64,000 nucleotides of DNA from an uncultured Gammaproteobacteria bacterium. Its GTDB lineage: Bacteria > Pseudomonadota > Gammaproteobacteria > Arenicellales > CALHMG01. The notes beneath the pieces are model-generated. The model was not told the origin of the DNA. It ran no database searches and saw only the letters and a program-made list of their open reading frames with translations. The DNA lies in contig CALHMG010000046.1 of assembly GCA_938034705.1 (NCBI GenBank), positions 11,263-75,262 of the forward strand, in the 5' to 3' direction. The position numbers and the translations under genes are program-made. This document shows, one piece after another, positions 37,336 to 47,443 of the stretch (positions within the stretch are counted from its first letter, which is position 1; each line of letters opens with the position of its first letter).

Positions 37336-37605
37336 GATTTTTCTCCGATCACTGATACTTGTTGGGTCGAAACTTGTATCGTCACCGCACGTATTGGCCG
37401 GGCAGCGGTTGCCCCGCTCGAGCGCAGTGAACGACTTGTTCTGTATCCGTATTGTGCCTGACGAAACTGCTCAGTCCCTACCGCCACCGCTGACTGTCTC
37501 CGCTGGGCGGACTTATCTGAACGGGCGATCGCTCCCGGGCGGACGTATCAAAAGTTGTCGGAGAGGTTGCCTACACACATCGCGGCTTTGGCGTACAATA
37601 AAGCT

Positions 37606-37830
37606 ATGAATGCACCACCCGATAACCGAGATATTGCCAAGTCTGTCCGCATTATCCTGTGGCCGGGAGAAGGACTCGTGGCCGAAGTCGAAACTGACAG
37701 CGGGCAGCAGATGTTTACGCTGCAGGGACTTCAGTGGCACGTGCTCGACCTCCAGAAGCGCGGGCTGTCATCGACGCTTGAAGAAGCCGCCCTGCAGATG
37801 CTGTCTTCCGCATCCGTGGACGCCGGGTGA
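37606..37830 (+). CDS. hypothetical small protein (74 aa)
   Basis: This is the only plausible ORF in the 555-nt gap. It has no recognisable motif, and its coding status is uncertain. Confidence 0.25.
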   Translation: MNAPPDNRDIAKSVRIILWPGEGLVAEVETDSGQQMFTLQGLQWHVLDLQKRGLSSTLEEAALQMLSSASVDAG

Positions 37831-37890
37831 ACCGCGTCCGTTGCCACGACCCGGCGAATGTCTTACCAATTGATTTAGAGTTTTTAGAAA

Positions 37891-38211
37891 ATGAGTGATG
37901 GAAACTGGCAGGACGTTGCTGCCCTTGACGATATCGAAGACGACGAGCCCCTTTGCATCAAGGCGGCTGACTGTCAGATCACGTTGTGCAAACTCGATGG
38001 CAGCGTCTATGCACTTGACGACATCTGTACCCACGAATACGCGTCCATGTCTGACGGATTTATTGAAGGGGACACCATTGAGTGCCCGCTTCATCAGGCA
38101 CAGTTCAGCATCAAAACCGGTGAGGCCCTTACGGCTCCGGCGACTGAAGATCTGAAAACCTACGAGACCAAAGTCGAAGACGGTCGCGTCTTCGTCAAGT
38201 TTGAAAAGTAG
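37891..38211 (+). CDS. Rieske-type [2Fe-2S] ferredoxin (oxygenase ferredoxin component)
   Basis: 106 aa with CTHEYASMSDG...CPLHQAQF (CxH...CxxH). Confidence 0.85.
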   Translation: MSDGNWQDVAALDDIEDDEPLCIKAADCQITLCKLDGSVYALDDICTHEYASMSDGFIEGDTIECPLHQAQFSIKTGEALTAPATEDLKTYETKVEDGRVFVKFEK

Positions 38212-38212
38212 A

Positions 38213-38791
38213 TCAGCCCGCAGAACGACGCCGGGTCGACAGACTCACGTCCAGATGCCCTGACGCGGCGGCGAGCAGCACACACAACGTTGTTGGACCA
38301 CCGTCGAGCTTACCCGCCAGTGCGTCGGCTACCAGATCCGCGATCGGTACCAGGCGAACGGTAATCTGCTCGGTGTTTTCGTGAGCGACTTTGCCGCCCG
38401 GGACAACATTAGGCGCAAGAAACAGACTGAAGTTCTCGTTGCTGCTGCCAGGGCCACCATCGAAACTGCCCAGGGGTAAAAGTTCGCTGGCGACGTATCC
38501 CGTTTCTTCTTCCAGTTCCCTGATCGCGGTCGTCTCCGGCGAGTTGCCGTCAAGACCGCCTGCCGGACACTCAAAGCTGGTTTTCTTCAGGGGGTGGCGA
38601 TACACGTCGACCATCACAGCCTCATCGAGGCGGGTTATCGGGAGCACCATGGCGTAACCCGGATGCTCGACGAAGGTGTACGTGATGTCATCGCCGCCGG
38701 GCAGCGTGATGTCGTCCTGACGCAGATCGAACCACTTACTCTGGTAGAGATACCGCGTGGCACGAATACGCCAGCGCGGATCAGCCGTCAT
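38213..38791 (-). CDS. NUDIX hydrolase (ADP-ribose pyrophosphatase-like)
   Basis: 192 aa from the ATG at 38789-38791. It has the Nudix box GGLDGNSPETTAIRELEEETGY. The longer ORF-track N-terminus is Arg-rich and overlaps the next gene. Confidence 0.8.
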   Translation of the reverse strand: MTADPRWRIRATRYLYQSKWFDLRQDDITLPGGDDITYTFVEHPGYAMVLPITRLDEAVMVDVYRHPLKKTSFECPAGGLDGNSPETTAIRELEEETGYVASELLPLGSFDGGPGSSNENFSLFLAPNVVPGGKVAHENTEQITVRLVPIADLVADALAGKLDGGPTTLCVLLAAASGHLDVSLSTRRRSAG

Positions 38792-38820
38792 GAAAAGAAA
38801 CCCGAATGCACACCGGCGTG

Positions 38821-39270
38821 CTAGCTGATGCCAAGTTGAGCGAGCAGAGACACCATGTCTGCATTTTCCCAGCGTTCCTTGATCAGCCCGTCTTCGATCC
38901 TGAAGATCGAGATGATCCGAATATTGATCGCGTGACCGGTGGGTGCGAATCCACGCCATTCGCCTTCGTGGGTTCCCGTCACACTGATTCTCGTCACGAC
39001 ACGATCGCCTGTTGCGATGACATCTTCGATCGTCGCGTGCACGTCGGGAAACGCCATTCGCCACTGTTCGACCATGTCGCGAACACCGTCGTGGCCGGTG
39101 ACGGTACCGACAACAGCAGTGGTGTGGTTTTCGTAATCTTGCGCGTAGATTTCGGGAATAACGTCGAGGTTGCCCTGATTAACAACCTCGTTGACGTAGC
39201 GCTTTGCGAGTTCGGCGTTGGCCTGACTCAAAATCTCGATGTTCGTTGCCGCGGGTTGTTCATCAGCCAT
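38821..39270 (-). CDS. SnoaL-like ester cyclase family protein
   Basis: 149 aa from the ATG at 39268-39270 (a 1-nt TAATG overlap with the ccsA stop). It follows the ester-cyclase pattern YVNEVVNQGNLDVIPEIYAQDY...WRMAFPD...GTHEGEWRGFAPTG. Confidence 0.7.
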   Translation of the reverse strand: MADEQPAATNIEILSQANAELAKRYVNEVVNQGNLDVIPEIYAQDYENHTTAVVGTVTGHDGVRDMVEQWRMAFPDVHATIEDVIATGDRVVTRISVTGTHEGEWRGFAPTGHAINIRIISIFRIEDGLIKERWENADMVSLLAQLGIS

Positions 39271-40418
39271 TAAAGCTCGCCGTAGGAGTGAAGGCCAGAT
39301 AAGAACATATTTACCCCTATGAATGCGAACAGCGTAATAAAGAGACCGATGATCGCCCACCAGGCCATCACGCCACCGCCCCAGCCTTTGGTCAGACGCA
39401 GATGCAGCCAGGCCGCGTAGTTCAACCACACGATCAGCGCCCAGGTTTCCTTGGGATCCCAGGACCAGTAGCTACCCCATGCTTCAGCGGCCCATAACGC
39501 ACCGAGCACCGTGGCGATGGTGAAAAATGCGAAGCCGAGCGCGATCATTCGATAGATCAGGTCGTCGATCACCGCCGGTTCGGGCAGCCTCGACTGAAAC
39601 CAGCCACCACGCGCCGCCAGCAGCTGTGCGCCGCCGAGCATCGCGGCGAGAGCAAAAGCACCGTAGCCAATAAAGTTGGCCGGCACATGGATCTTCATCC
39701 AGTAGGAATTCAGCGCGGGTACCAGTGGCTGAATAGCGTCCGCCTCGCGCTCAAACGAATACCACAGCAAAAAGCCTACCGCGGCCGAAATTACCAGCAG
39801 CGCAAAACCACCAAGACTGCGAGTGTTGCTCTTCTGTTCGTAGTACAGGTACATCAAACCTGCAATCGCACAGAATAAAATGAACACCTCATAGAGATTG
39901 CTGACCGGGATATGGCCGTATTCAACGTTGATCAGATATGACTCGCGCCAGCGCACAAACAGGCCAACAAAGCTCATGGTGACGCCGCACCACGCAAGCC
40001 CGCTGCCGGTGGCCAACCCGAAATCAGAGCGCGCAATCATTCCGAGAAAGTAGGCCACGGTCGAAAGCACCAGAAGCGCACTCATCCACATAATTGCCGA
40101 CTGACTTGCGAGCATGTACTTGAGAAAGAAATTCTCGGTGCCGCGCCCGATGTCGGCGCCGTAAAGCCAGATCGCAAACAACGACAGCAGCGCAACAGCA
40201 ATCGTGAATATCTGGACGGAACGCCAGGACCAGCCGAGCCAGGCGAGACTGATGCCCGTGCCGATCGTGATCACGATTTCGTAGATGTCCATCGCCGAGC
40301 CGTAGCGGGTCAGCACAAAAGCGGTGAGAGCGGCAACCGCCACCAGCCAGATATAGTCTCGGACGGACGTCGGTGTGCGTTCGTTCAGCTGATTAAGATG
40401 TTCGGATGTAACTGACAT
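39270..40418 (-). CDS. ccsA: cytochrome c biogenesis System II heme-handling protein CcsA/ResC
   Basis: 382 aa, polytopic. It has the Trp-rich WWD motif WGSYWSWDPKETWALIVW. Confidence 0.85.
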   Translation of the reverse strand: MSVTSEHLNQLNERTPTSVRDYIWLVAVAALTAFVLTRYGSAMDIYEIVITIGTGISLAWLGWSWRSVQIFTIAVALLSLFAIWLYGADIGRGTENFFLKYMLASQSAIMWMSALLVLSTVAYFLGMIARSDFGLATGSGLAWCGVTMSFVGLFVRWRESYLINVEYGHIPVSNLYEVFILFCAIAGLMYLYYEQKSNTRSLGGFALLVISAAVGFLLWYSFEREADAIQPLVPALNSYWMKIHVPANFIGYGAFALAAMLGGAQLLAARGGWFQSRLPEPAVIDDLIYRMIALGFAFFTIATVLGALWAAEAWGSYWSWDPKETWALIVWLNYAAWLHLRLTKGWGGGVMAWWAIIGLFITLFAFIGVNMFLSGLHSYGEL

Positions 40419-40423
40419 GAGCG

Positions 40424-42448
40424 TTACCTGGTTGATTCGATCGTGCTTGATTCAAGCCCAGTCTGAATGACCGTTCTTAGCGCATCGAGTTCCGCCTCAA
40501 AGCCCGGGACCTTGCGATGATTGACGCCTGCCAGGACGACAGCCCCGTCCTCGCGCGCCATTGCCCAGATTCTACGGGGATTTATGTAAAAGAGCAGGAA
40601 AACACCGATGCACAGCAGTGCACTGCCGAGATAAACCAGGGGTTTTCCGGGTGATTTGGTCATTTCCAGGCCGCTCGCTTCCCGATGCTCGAACTGCTTC
40701 AGCTGCAGGTATACCGGCGGTCCATAGTCCGGCAGCGCTGTCGCAGCCGAGAGGAAGTCCGCGATGTAGCGGGTGTCGTCGTCGGTCCAGGCCTGTCCGG
40801 AGCTTATGCCTTCACTCGCCAGCTGATCGGAGTACAGCTGCGCTGCCGCAATTCGGATGATGTTGAAGTAGGCCTGAAATACATCGGCATGCTCCGTCTC
40901 CGGTACGTTCTTTTTGACCAGCTCATCGACTCCGTTAAAACCTCTGCTGTTAAACAGCTGCAGCAGCGCCAGTGTCTTGCCGCCGAGATCATCTCTGGGC
41001 GTTGCGGCGTCATTCGCGCCACCGGAAGACGCAAGGCCGTCGGCGATACGCGCGAGCTCCTCGTCATCGCGGAATCGATTGAGCAGCGACATGAACCGAT
41101 TGATGTCACCGGTCTTGCCGAGCGGGATATGGACATAGTTGAACTCTTCAGCGGGCGTGGAGCGCACGCCGGCGAGCAGGTACGGACGACCTTCTACCAG
41201 AATCGGCGACATGTAGTTGTGGTATTCCAGCGCCTTGCCGTCGGGGCCGCGAACCTTGAACGTCACCGACGATCCAATATTGTTGAAGTCCGGCTGTATC
41301 TTGTCCTTGGCGACGTCGATGACGTTGAATTTTCGAAAGTCGTCGAGCTCCAGCTCGTACTGTCGGCCACCAATGCGCAACGTTTCGTTCTGTCCAACCA
41401 CGCCCTCGATGTCGAAGGGCCTGTCGCCGGACCCCAGTGGCCACGCGGTGAAGGACAGGCTTGAACCACCATCCTGAAAACTCGCCTGGTAGATGGTCAC
41501 GCCTTTGTGAGTGAGCGGATGATTGACGGCTATGGTGTGCTCGAGCGGCTCGGCGAGATCATCGTCGTGAATGATCAGGTCGGTTTCAAACGACTTCGGC
41601 TGCCCGGTGTCATAGTGCTCAACGCGAAATTCCTTCACCTCGACGCTGAACGGCAGGTGCTGAATGACGTAGCCGTCTTTGATGTTCAGAAATATGAAAT
41701 CTGCCTGTGATCCCTCGGGGATGTTGACCTGCCCCCTGAACGTCGACGAACCCGTGTCGAGTCGACTGCTTTCTCCCACCTCGCTCGCCGGGATCGCTCT
41801 GCGCTCGATCTGAATGCGTCCGCTCATCTCGTCGAACATCAAACCGAAATTTCCATCGAACAGGCCGCCGACACAGATAACGATGATGCCGATGTGCGTC
41901 GCGAGGTAGCCAAAGCGATTACCCTCGCCTCGTTTGGCGCTCACCAGCGTGTTGGGGCCGGCGGCTTTTACCCTGCACCGATACCCGGCCTTGGCGATGG
42001 CGGCACGACAGAACTCGGCTGTCGCTGCGGGATCGGCGGTCGAGTTCTGCGCAGGAGCCAGCACCCGGGCGTTGCGCATCCTTTCGAGTGACCGTGTTGT
42101 CATATCGTCACGCCAGCGTCTGACATCACGCATCATCCCCGGTGCATTTCTGTAGACACAGACGGAGACGGAGATACACAGAAAAACCAGAATGGCGAGA
42201 AACCACCAGGCGCTGTACACGTCGTACAGGCCGAGGTTGCGGTAGACCTGAAACCAGAAAGACCCAAACTTGATAACGTAGTCTTCGTACGGCTGGTTCT
42301 GCTGCAGCACCGAGCCCACAACTGATGCCACCGCCAGAATCATCAGCAGCAGTATCGCGAAGTTCATGGAACCGAGTGTCGGCAGCCAGATGCTCGACCA
42401 GGTGCCGCGGGTACGCGTGGGTTTTGAATTTGTCGTCACGTCAGACAT
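40424..42448 (-). CDS. resB: cytochrome c biogenesis System II protein ResB/Ccs1
   Basis: 674 aa. It has N-terminal TM helices, a large soluble domain and a C-terminal TM helix, sits directly upstream of ccsA, and carries a MNFAILLLMILAVASVVGSVLQQN-type N-terminus. Confidence 0.85.
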   Translation of the reverse strand: MSDVTTNSKPTRTRGTWSSIWLPTLGSMNFAILLLMILAVASVVGSVLQQNQPYEDYVIKFGSFWFQVYRNLGLYDVYSAWWFLAILVFLCISVSVCVYRNAPGMMRDVRRWRDDMTTRSLERMRNARVLAPAQNSTADPAATAEFCRAAIAKAGYRCRVKAAGPNTLVSAKRGEGNRFGYLATHIGIIVICVGGLFDGNFGLMFDEMSGRIQIERRAIPASEVGESSRLDTGSSTFRGQVNIPEGSQADFIFLNIKDGYVIQHLPFSVEVKEFRVEHYDTGQPKSFETDLIIHDDDLAEPLEHTIAVNHPLTHKGVTIYQASFQDGGSSLSFTAWPLGSGDRPFDIEGVVGQNETLRIGGRQYELELDDFRKFNVIDVAKDKIQPDFNNIGSSVTFKVRGPDGKALEYHNYMSPILVEGRPYLLAGVRSTPAEEFNYVHIPLGKTGDINRFMSLLNRFRDDEELARIADGLASSGGANDAATPRDDLGGKTLALLQLFNSRGFNGVDELVKKNVPETEHADVFQAYFNIIRIAAAQLYSDQLASEGISSGQAWTDDDTRYIADFLSAATALPDYGPPVYLQLKQFEHREASGLEMTKSPGKPLVYLGSALLCIGVFLLFYINPRRIWAMAREDGAVVLAGVNHRKVPGFEAELDALRTVIQTGLESSTIESTR

Positions 42449-42662
42449 GGACAGGAATCAGGTTGTCACCCGGAATCATTTCCGCGTGTTGTATCGGTAC
42501 CGGGTGCGACAGCCGTCGACGCCGGACAGACACCACTCCCGCCAGCGAGAATAAACCTCGGAGGTGGCGCACTCTGGTTGGACAACGCGAACGGCCCAAA
42601 GTGCCCGCGGACCCGCCGGTGCTCCGGCGGGTAAAGCTGTGAAATGCGCCTTTGGACCGCCT

Positions 42663-43298
42663 TTACTTCAGCCCTGATACGAATAACGAGACCTGGCGGA
42701 TCTGCTCGGCCGACATCTTGAAAGCAATCGGCTGCATTACAGAATTAGCCCGGGATCCGTTTTTGAATGCGAGGAGCTGTGCTTCGATGTATTTGGCTTT
42801 CTGACCCGCCAGGCGCGGATACTTTGGCATGAGACCGGTACCGGCAGGCCCGTGACACGCCATGCAGGCCGGGATCTGGGTGTCCTGAACGCCACCGCGA
42901 TAGAGCTTGGCACCCTTTTTCGCATCAGAAGCATTGTTCTCGCTCACCGCGCCGGCGATTGGCGGCAGCGAAGCGTAATACGCATCGAGGTTTTCCATAT
43001 CGGCATCCGTTAACGCCGCAACCTGTCCGAGCATGATGGCGTTGTTGCGCTTGCCGTTTTTGAACATCTTCAGCTGGGAGGCGATATAGCCTTTGACCTG
43101 GCCTGCGAGATTCGGCCACTCGGGTGTGAGTCCTTTGCCGTCGGCACCGTGACAGGCAACGCAGGTCACAGACTTGGCCTTGCCGGCCTCGATATCACCT
43201 GCGCTGGCAACGCCACCCGCGCCGGTCACGAACAAACTGACGGTTACGGCAAGCGTTAGCTTCAACGCGCTCAACAGGGCGAACTGCTTACTGGTCAT
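42663..43298 (-). CDS. cc4: dihaem cytochrome c4
   Basis: 211 aa from the ATG at 43296-43298 with a signal peptide. It has two CxxCH sites (CVACHG, CMACHG), each followed by a distal Met region. Confidence 0.85.
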   Translation of the reverse strand: MTSKQFALLSALKLTLAVTVSLFVTGAGGVASAGDIEAGKAKSVTCVACHGADGKGLTPEWPNLAGQVKGYIASQLKMFKNGKRNNAIMLGQVAALTDADMENLDAYYASLPPIAGAVSENNASDAKKGAKLYRGGVQDTQIPACMACHGPAGTGLMPKYPRLAGQKAKYIEAQLLAFKNGSRANSVMQPIAFKMSAEQIRQVSLFVSGLK

Positions 43299-43562
43299 CT
43301 TCTGACTGCTCCAAGCTTGGGTCTTTGCGGAGTGCCCGAATCGGGCTGATAGGGCGCGAAGTTTACCCGAATCAGGCGCCTCGGCCCATGGGCGAACCGG
43401 TTCGTTCAGACACGAACAGGGCAATTTTGGCCCTGCGGGGGACCGGCGAACGGCCCAGCGCGTCCCGGGGCCCTGATGCAGTCACGACAATCCCGGCCTG
43501 AAGCTGATTTCGCGCGATTTGGGGCCAGATTCCGAGCCGACGGGTCGTATACAGTTGCGGTC

Positions 43563-44159
43563 ATGGACTTCAGCAAAACCCACTTCATCAAGAGCGCCCA
43601 TCTGCCGAGCCAGTGGCTCCCGGACCGGGGCGCCGAGGTCGCTTTCGCCGGGCGGTCCAACGTCGGCAAATCCAGTGCCATCAATGCGATTACCAACCGC
43701 AAAGGCCTGGCCAAAACCAGCAAGACCCCCGGTCGCACCCAGCAGATCAACTTTTTCGAGGTCGAGGCGATGCGACGCATTGTCGACCTTCCGGGTTACG
43801 GCTTTGCGAATGTGCCCGATCACGTGCGCAAGCACTGGGCGCAGAGCATCGAAGAGTATCTTGCCGAACGGCGCTGTCTGCGAGGACTGGTACTGCCAAT
43901 GGATTCACGTCGACCGCTAACGGATCTCGACGTGCAGATGCTTGAGTGGTGTGAGAGCGCGGAACTGGATGTACACATTCTGCTGACCAAGGCCGACAAA
44001 CTGAAAAGCGGCAAAATGAAAGCTACGGTCAATGACGTTCAGCGTCAGCTGGGCGATGTACCGGGCATTACCATCCAGGCATTTTCTGCCGTTAACAAAA
44101 CCGGCATCTCCGCGGCGCGTGGTCTTGTTGCAAAATGGCTGAGCGAAACCATCGACTGA
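43563..44159 (+). CDS. engB: ribosome biogenesis GTP-binding protein YihA/EngB
   Basis: 198 aa from the ATG at 43563. It has GRSNVGKSSAIN (G1), DLPGYG (G3) and TKADK (G4). Confidence 0.9.
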   Translation: MDFSKTHFIKSAHLPSQWLPDRGAEVAFAGRSNVGKSSAINAITNRKGLAKTSKTPGRTQQINFFEVEAMRRIVDLPGYGFANVPDHVRKHWAQSIEEYLAERRCLRGLVLPMDSRRPLTDLDVQMLEWCESAELDVHILLTKADKLKSGKMKATVNDVQRQLGDVPGITIQAFSAVNKTGISAARGLVAKWLSETID

Positions 44160-44282
44160 CTTTCGACGGTGACCCTGGCGAATTTCTGGACTGCAGGTAG
44201 ACGCAAGCGCACGCGTTGCGATAAACGAAGGCGTGAAGACCTGAGTCAGGCGTGGTGGCGCGGCTTGCGTAAACTGCAGGCG

Positions 44283-44331
44283 CAAAAAAAGGCCTCGGAA
44301 AAGGAGAGGACACTCCGAGGCCTTTTATTTT
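44283..44331. terminator. bidirectional intrinsic terminator between convergent engB and polA
   Basis: GGCCTCGGA (44291-44299) pairs with TCCGAGGCC (44314-44322). The hairpin is flanked by A8 upstream and TTTTATTTT downstream. Confidence 0.7.
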
Positions 44332-44609
44332 GTTTCCGACGCCAGTCGGAAGTGGCCTATCCAGGGAGGAAGAATAGACCGTGACAACATCCCTATCGTC
44401 GAAGATCAGTATAGTCGGGTTCCCAATTCGGCAAGGCGAACTAGTTGAAAAAACCGTTTGTCTCCGATGAGCGGATTACGTAGACCGGCGTTCGTTTAAT
44501 AGTGCGGTTCGTCTGTACCGCTCATCACCGACGAGTGGATAGCAGGCGGCTTCGGCACCGGCAAAACCCACACCAATATCCTAGGCTGGCTGGCGCGTCT
44601 CCCGAAACC

Positions 44610-47315
44610 TTACGAGTGCGCCTTCGCCCAGTTGTTACCGCTGCCGCTGTCGACTTCCAGCGGTACATCGAGTTCGGCAATCCCCGACATCAATTCGGCC
44701 ACCTTTTTCTGGGTCTTCGCGACTTCCTTTGTCGGCACCTCGAGCACCAGTTCATCGTGCACCTGCATGATGATGCGTGACTTCGATCCGGACTCAAGCA
44801 GCCAGGCGTCAACCGCAATCATCGCTTTCTTGATCAGATCGGCCGCCGTACCCTGCATCGGCGCGTTGATGGCCGTGCGTTCGGCGTACTGTCGACGCAC
44901 GTGGTTGGACGCGTTGATTTCCGGGAGGTACAGACGCCTGCCAAAAACCGTCTCCACAAAACCGTTTTCGCGCGCTGACTCTCGCGTTCTGTCCATGAAT
45001 TCACGAACGCCGGGGTAGCGCGCAAAATAGGTATCAACATAATCCTGGGCCTGTCCACGCTCGATCTTCAGCTGCTTGCCCAGACCAAACGCCGACATGC
45101 CATAAATCAATCCGAAGTTGATTGCCTTTGCGGCGCGTCTCTGTTCGTCGTCAACCTTGGACACCTTCACACCGAAAACTTCGGCGGCCGTGGACTTGTG
45201 CACGTCTTCACCATTCGCAAAGGCCCGCGTAAGACCTTCGTCGCCGGACAGGTGCGCCATGATGCGCAATTCGATCTGGGAATAATCTGCGGCCACCAGC
45301 TTGAAACCTTTGGCGGGCACAAAGGCTTCGCGAATGCGACGACCTTCAGCGGTGCGAATCGGGATGTTCTGTAAATTGGGTTCTGACGACGACAGACGTC
45401 CGGTAGCGGCAACCGCCTGATGATAGGACGTGTGGATACGGCCGGTGTCAGCATTGACCAGCGTTGGCAGTTTGTCGGTATAGGTCGAGCGCAGTTTGGC
45501 GAGACTGCGATGCTCGAGAATCATCCTCGGCAAGTCATAGTCGTTGGCAAGTTCAGCGAGAACCTCCTCCGCCGTTGACGGTTGACCCTTTGGCGTCTTC
45601 TTGAGAACCGGCAGTCCCAGTCGATCAAACAACACCTCCTGAATCTGCTTGGGGGATGCGATATTGAACTCGGTTCCGGCGGCGTTATGCGCCTGGCTCT
45701 CGATCTCCGCCGCGCGATCCGTGATCTCGGCGCTCTGTTCACGCAGCATGTCGGCATCGATCATGACGCCGTTGGACTCGATACGCGCCAGCACCGGCAC
45801 CAGCGGCATTTCAACATTCTCAAACAGATCCGTCAGGATCTTGTTGTCCTTGAGCTTGGGCCACAGCGCGTCATGCAGGCGCACGGTGATATCGGCGTCC
45901 TCGGCCGCGTACTGCGACGCAACATCGACTTCAACCTTGTCAAACAGCACCTGCGACTTGCCCTTGCCCGCGACGTCTTCGTATTTAATCGTCTTCAGAC
46001 CAAGGTACTTCAGAGCCAGACTGTCCATGTCGTGACGCGACGCGGTGCTGTCGAGCACGTAGCTTTCAAGCATCGTATCGAACGCAATACCGTCAACGTC
46101 CACATCGTATTTTTTCAGAACCAGCATGTCGTACTTGAGGTTCTGTCCGATTTTTTTCAGCTTTGGGTTTTCAAGCAAAGGTTTGACCTTGGCGATGACC
46201 TTGTCTCGGTCAAGCTGCTTCGGGGCACCTTCGTAATTGTGCGCGAGAGGTACGTAGCAGGCTTCGCCCGCGACATTGCTGAATGAGAAACCCACCAGCT
46301 CCGCCTCAACGGCATTGATGGAGGTCGTCTCGGTATCAAAGGCAAAGACACCCGCCTTCTTCAGCTTGGCAAGCCATGCGTCGAGAGCCTTCATCGTGGT
46401 GATCGTTTCGTAGTTCTTGTCTACCTTCGGCTTTTTCTTCGAATCACCAGCACCCGCTTCGACACCGCCAAGATCGGATAGCCATGTCTTGAACTCAAGA
46501 TGAGCAAACAGCTCCCGCAGTTTGTCCTCGTCGGGCTCACCCATCTTGAGATTCTTTACCGGTGTGCCCACATCTACATCCAGCTTGATCGTGACCAGCT
46601 CTTTGGCCATCGGTATCTGCTCAAGACTGTCGCGCAGGTTTTCGCCAACCTTGCCCTTGATTGCATCCGCGTTGGCAATGACGCCCTCGAGGTCGCCATA
46701 TTCGGCAAGCCACTTCACGGCGGTTTTGGGGCCACATTTGGGAACGCCGGGGATGTTGTCGCTGGTATCACCGATCAGTGTCAGGTAGTCGATGATGAGT
46801 TCTGGCGGAACGCCATATTTTTCGACCACACCATCGATGTCGTAAACAACATCCTTCATCGTATCGACAAGATTTACCTTGTCGTTTACCAGTTGCGCGA
46901 GGTCCTTGTCGCCAGTTGAGACCAGCGTGGTGAAGCCACCTTTTGTGGCTTCCGCCGCCAGCGTACCAATGACGTCGTCTGCCTCTACACCCGGAATGAC
47001 CAGCAGCGGCATCCCCATCGCTTCGACGATCTGATGCACGTAGTCAATCTGGGGTCGCAGCTCCTTGGGCATTGACGGTCGATTCGCCTTGTACTGATCG
47101 TAGATTTCGTCGCGAAAAGTTTTGCCCTTTGCATCGAAAACGAACGCCATGTACTGCGGCGACTCGTCGCTCAGAAGACGCTTGAGCATGTTCGTCACGC
47201 CATAGACAGCGCCGGTGAATTCACCGCTGCTGTTGGTGAGGTTGGGCATCGCGTAGTACGCGCGATAAAGGTACGAGGCGCCGTCGACGAGCACCAGGCG
47301 CTTGGATTTGGCCAT
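44610..47315 (-). CDS. polA: DNA polymerase I
   Basis: 901 aa. It has a 5'-3' exonuclease N-terminus (LVDGASYLYRAYYA), a 3'-5' exonuclease domain (FAFDTETTS) and polymerase motifs (DYSQIELRIMAH, QVHDELV). Confidence 0.95.
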   Translation of the reverse strand: MAKSKRLVLVDGASYLYRAYYAMPNLTNSSGEFTGAVYGVTNMLKRLLSDESPQYMAFVFDAKGKTFRDEIYDQYKANRPSMPKELRPQIDYVHQIVEAMGMPLLVIPGVEADDVIGTLAAEATKGGFTTLVSTGDKDLAQLVNDKVNLVDTMKDVVYDIDGVVEKYGVPPELIIDYLTLIGDTSDNIPGVPKCGPKTAVKWLAEYGDLEGVIANADAIKGKVGENLRDSLEQIPMAKELVTIKLDVDVGTPVKNLKMGEPDEDKLRELFAHLEFKTWLSDLGGVEAGAGDSKKKPKVDKNYETITTMKALDAWLAKLKKAGVFAFDTETTSINAVEAELVGFSFSNVAGEACYVPLAHNYEGAPKQLDRDKVIAKVKPLLENPKLKKIGQNLKYDMLVLKKYDVDVDGIAFDTMLESYVLDSTASRHDMDSLALKYLGLKTIKYEDVAGKGKSQVLFDKVEVDVASQYAAEDADITVRLHDALWPKLKDNKILTDLFENVEMPLVPVLARIESNGVMIDADMLREQSAEITDRAAEIESQAHNAAGTEFNIASPKQIQEVLFDRLGLPVLKKTPKGQPSTAEEVLAELANDYDLPRMILEHRSLAKLRSTYTDKLPTLVNADTGRIHTSYHQAVAATGRLSSSEPNLQNIPIRTAEGRRIREAFVPAKGFKLVAADYSQIELRIMAHLSGDEGLTRAFANGEDVHKSTAAEVFGVKVSKVDDEQRRAAKAINFGLIYGMSAFGLGKQLKIERGQAQDYVDTYFARYPGVREFMDRTRESARENGFVETVFGRRLYLPEINASNHVRRQYAERTAINAPMQGTAADLIKKAMIAVDAWLLESGSKSRIIMQVHDELVLEVPTKEVAKTQKKVAELMSGIAELDVPLEVDSGSGNNWAKAHS

Positions 47316-47443
47316 TGGTCAGTTGAACCCGTTTTGTTCGTATTCAGATTCTACCTGAGCCCGTCCGTTTCGACTGCCTGCAACGTGCTGTGTGCCATCA
47401 GGTTTTACTCGATGTTCGAGCGATATGTGCTAAGAATAGGACT

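Noticed and set aside
44169-44384. A 71-aa plus-strand ORF after engB.
   Set aside because: It runs straight through the bidirectional terminator hairpin, and its translation is Arg/Lys-rich with no features.
44332-44609. Calling the region downstream of polA 'spf / Spot 42'.
   Set aside because: Only positional analogy supports this. I cannot recognise Spot 42 sequence, so no ncRNA feature was annotated.
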